Made by a program: the position numbers and the translations under genes
From: Squalus acanthias
Lineage: Eukaryota
Assembly (NCBI GenBank): GCA_030390025.1
Contig: JASTWF010000331.1
Location: forward strand, 310,001 to 374,000
Direction of reading: 5' to 3'
Length of the DNA: 64,000 bases
The notes under the pieces: generated by a model
What the model was told of the DNA's origin: nothing
The model's database searches: none
Seen by the model: only the letters and a program-made list of their open reading frames with translations
Part shown: positions 61,301-64,000 of the stretch, one piece after another
How positions within the stretch are numbered: position 1 is the stretch's first letter
Layout: each line of letters begins with the position of its first letter

Positions 61301-64000
61301 AGGTGTGTATGGGGTTTCACAGTGTATCAGGATCCTGCCAGGTGTGTATGGGTTTTCACAGTGTATCAGGATCCTGCCAGGTGTGTATGGGGTTCACAGT
61401 GTATCAGGATCCTGCCAGGTGTGTATGGGGTTTCACAGTGTATCAGGATCCTGCCAGGTGTGTATGGGGTTTCACAGTGTATCAGGATCCTGCCAGGTGT
61501 GTATGGTGTTTCACAGTAGATCAGGAAGCTGCCAGGTGTGTATGGGTTTTCATAATGTTTCAGCATCCTGCCAGGTGAGTTTGGGGTTACACAGTGTATC
61601 AGGATCCTGCCAGGTGTGTATGTGGTTTCACAGTGTATCAGGATCCTGCCAGGTGTGTATGGGTGTTTCACAGTGTATCAGGATCCTGCCAGGTGTGTAT
61701 GGGGTTTCACAGTGCATCAGGATCCTGCCAGGTGTGTGTGGTGTTTCACAGTGTATCAGGATCCAGCTAGGTGTGTAAGGGGTATCACAGTGTATCAGGA
61801 TCCTGCCAGGTGTGTATGGGGTTACACAGTGTATCAGGATCCTGCCAGGTGTGTATGGGGTTTCAGATTCTATCAGGATCCTGCCAGGTGTGTATGGGTT
61901 TTCACATTCTATCAGGATCCTGCCAGGTATGTATGTGGTTTCACAGTGTATCAGGAACCTGCCAGGTGTGTATGCGGTTTCACAGTGTATCAGGATCCTG
62001 CCAGGTGTGTATGGGGTTTCACAGTGTATCAGGAACCTGCCAGGTGTGTATGGGGTTTCACAGTGTATCAGGATCCTGCCAGGTGTGTATGGGGTTTCAC
62101 AGTGTATCAGGATCCTGCCAGGTGTGTATGGGGTTTCACAGTGTATCAGGATCCTGCCAGGTGTGTATGGGGTTTCACAGTGTATCAGATCCTGCCAGGT
62201 GTGTGTGGTGTTGCACAGTGTATCAGGATCCTGCCAGGTGTGTATGGGTTTCACAGTGCATCAGGATCCTGTCAGGTGTGTATGGGGTTTCACAGTGTAT
62301 CAGGATCCTGCCAGGTGTGTAAGGGGTTTCACAGTGTATCAGGATCCTGCCAGGTGTGTATGGGGTTTCACAGTGTATCAGGATCCTGCCAGGTGTGTAT
62401 GGGGTTTCACAGTTCTATCAGGATCCTGCCAGGTGTGTATGGGGTTTCACAGTCTATCAGGATCCTGCCAGGTGTGTATGGGGTTTCACAGTGTATCAGG
62501 AACCTGCCAGGTGTGTATGGGGTTACCCAGTGTATCAGGATCCTGCCAGGTGTGTATGGGGTTTCACAGTGTATCAGGAACCTGCCAGGTGTGTTTGGGG
62601 TTTCACAGTGTATTCTGATCCTGCCAGGTGTGTATGGGGTTTCACAGTGTATCAGGACCTGCCATGTGTGTATGTGGTTTCACAGTGTATCAGGATCCTG
62701 CCAGGTGTGTATGGGGTTTCACAGTGTATCAGATCCTGCCAGGTGTGTATGGGGTTTCACAGTGCAACAGGATCCAACCAGGTGTGTATGGGGTTTCACA
62801 GTGAATCAGGTTCTAGCCAGTGGTGTATGGGCTTTCACAGTGCATCAGGATCCTGCTAGGTGTGTATGGGGTTTCACAGTGTATCAGGATCCTGCCAGTT
62901 CTGTATGGGGCTTCACAGTGTATCAGGATCCTGCCAGGTGTGTAAGGTGTTAAACAATGTATCAGGATCTAGACAGGTGTGTATGAGGTTTCACAGTGAA
63001 TCAGGTTCTCGCCAGTGGTGTATGGGCTTTCACAGTGTATCAGGATCCTGCAAGGTGTGTATGGAGTTTCACAGTGTATCATGATCCTGCCAGGTGTGTA
63101 TGGAGTTTCAGAATGTATCAGGATCCTGCCAGGTGTGTATGGGTTTTCACAATGTATCAGGATCCTGCCAGGTGAGTTTGGGGTTCCACAGTCTATCAGG
63201 ATCCTGCCAGGTGTGTATGGGTTTTCACAATGTATCAGGATCCTGCCAGGTGTGTATGGGTTTTCACAATGTATCAGGATCCTGCCAGGTGAGTTTGGGG
63301 TTACACAGTGTATCGGGATCCTGCCAGGTGTGTATGGGGTTTCAGAATGTATCATGATCCTGCCAGGTGTGTATGGGTTTTCACAATGTATCAGGATCCT
63401 GCCAGGTGAGTTTGGGGTTCCACAGTCTATCAGGATCCTGCCAGGTGTGTGTGGGGTTACACAGAGTATCCAGATCCTGCCAGGTGTGTATGGGGTTTCA
63501 CAGTGTATCAGGATCCTGCCAGGTGTGTATGGTGTTTCACAGTAGATCAGGATCCTGCCAGGTGTGTATGGGTTTCACAGTGTATCAGGATCCTGCCAGG
63601 TGTGTATGGTGTTTCACAGTGTATCAGGATCCTGCCAGGTGTGTATGTGGTTTCACAGTGTATCAGGATCCTGCCAGGTGTGTATGGGGTTTCACAGTGT
63701 ATCAGGATCCTGCCAGGTGTGTATGGGGTTTCACAGTGCATCAGGATCCTGCCAGGTGTGTATGGGGTTTCACAGTGTATCAGGATCCTGCCAGGTGTGT
63801 ATGGGGTTTCACAGTGTATCAGGATCCTGCCAGGTGTGTATGGGGTTTCACAGTGTATCAGGATCCTGCCAGGTGTGTATGGGGTTTCACAGTGTATCAG
63901 GATCCTGCCAGGTGTGTATGGGTTTTCACAGTCTATCAGGATCCTGCCAGGTATGTATGTGGTTTCACAGTGTATCAGGATCCTGCCAGGTGTGTATGCG

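Larger units (their letters stand above)
46845..64000. repeat. 39-bp satellite (GGATCCTGCCAGGTGTGTATGGGGTTTCACAGTGTATCA)n, ~300 copies, runs off the window
   Basis: Tandem array interrupted only by the CR1 and PLE insertions. Confidence 0.98.

Noticed and set aside
46808..63741. Cys-rich repetitive ORFs (VSGSCQVCMGFHS etc.)
   Set aside because: Translations of a 39-bp satellite, open in several frames and broken by indels and TE insertions
46070..64000. CRISPR-like regular repeats
   Set aside because: No unique spacers, no cas genes, eukaryotic context

Overview
Repeat-rich eukaryotic genomic DNA, most likely from a cartilaginous fish (inferred from the CR1, Penelope-like and NLR sequence types). 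The main host gene is a spliced minus-strand NLR (NACHT-LRR immune receptor). It has a 1738-bp NACHT exon (45857-44120) and five in-frame LRR/terminal exons (37845-37759, 37617-37447, 37305-37135, 36993-36826, 36656-36566) that the ORF track misses. The LRR exons form a 312-bp exon+intron tandem whose introns are essentially identical while the exons differ mostly at non-synonymous sites. The gene is flanked by a ~1.8-1.9-kb macrosatellite (8 copies), an ~8-kb 18-bp satellite and a >17-kb 39-bp satellite region. Inserted elements include two young Neptune-type Penelope-like elements with inverted pseudo-LTRs, 13-bp TSDs and minimal hammerhead ribozymes. Also present are a solo pLTR, ORF-less pLTR hairpins, an internally deleted Gypsy (tRNA-Trp PBS) and many CR1 fragments. 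The long repetitive ORFs in the track are satellite artefacts.
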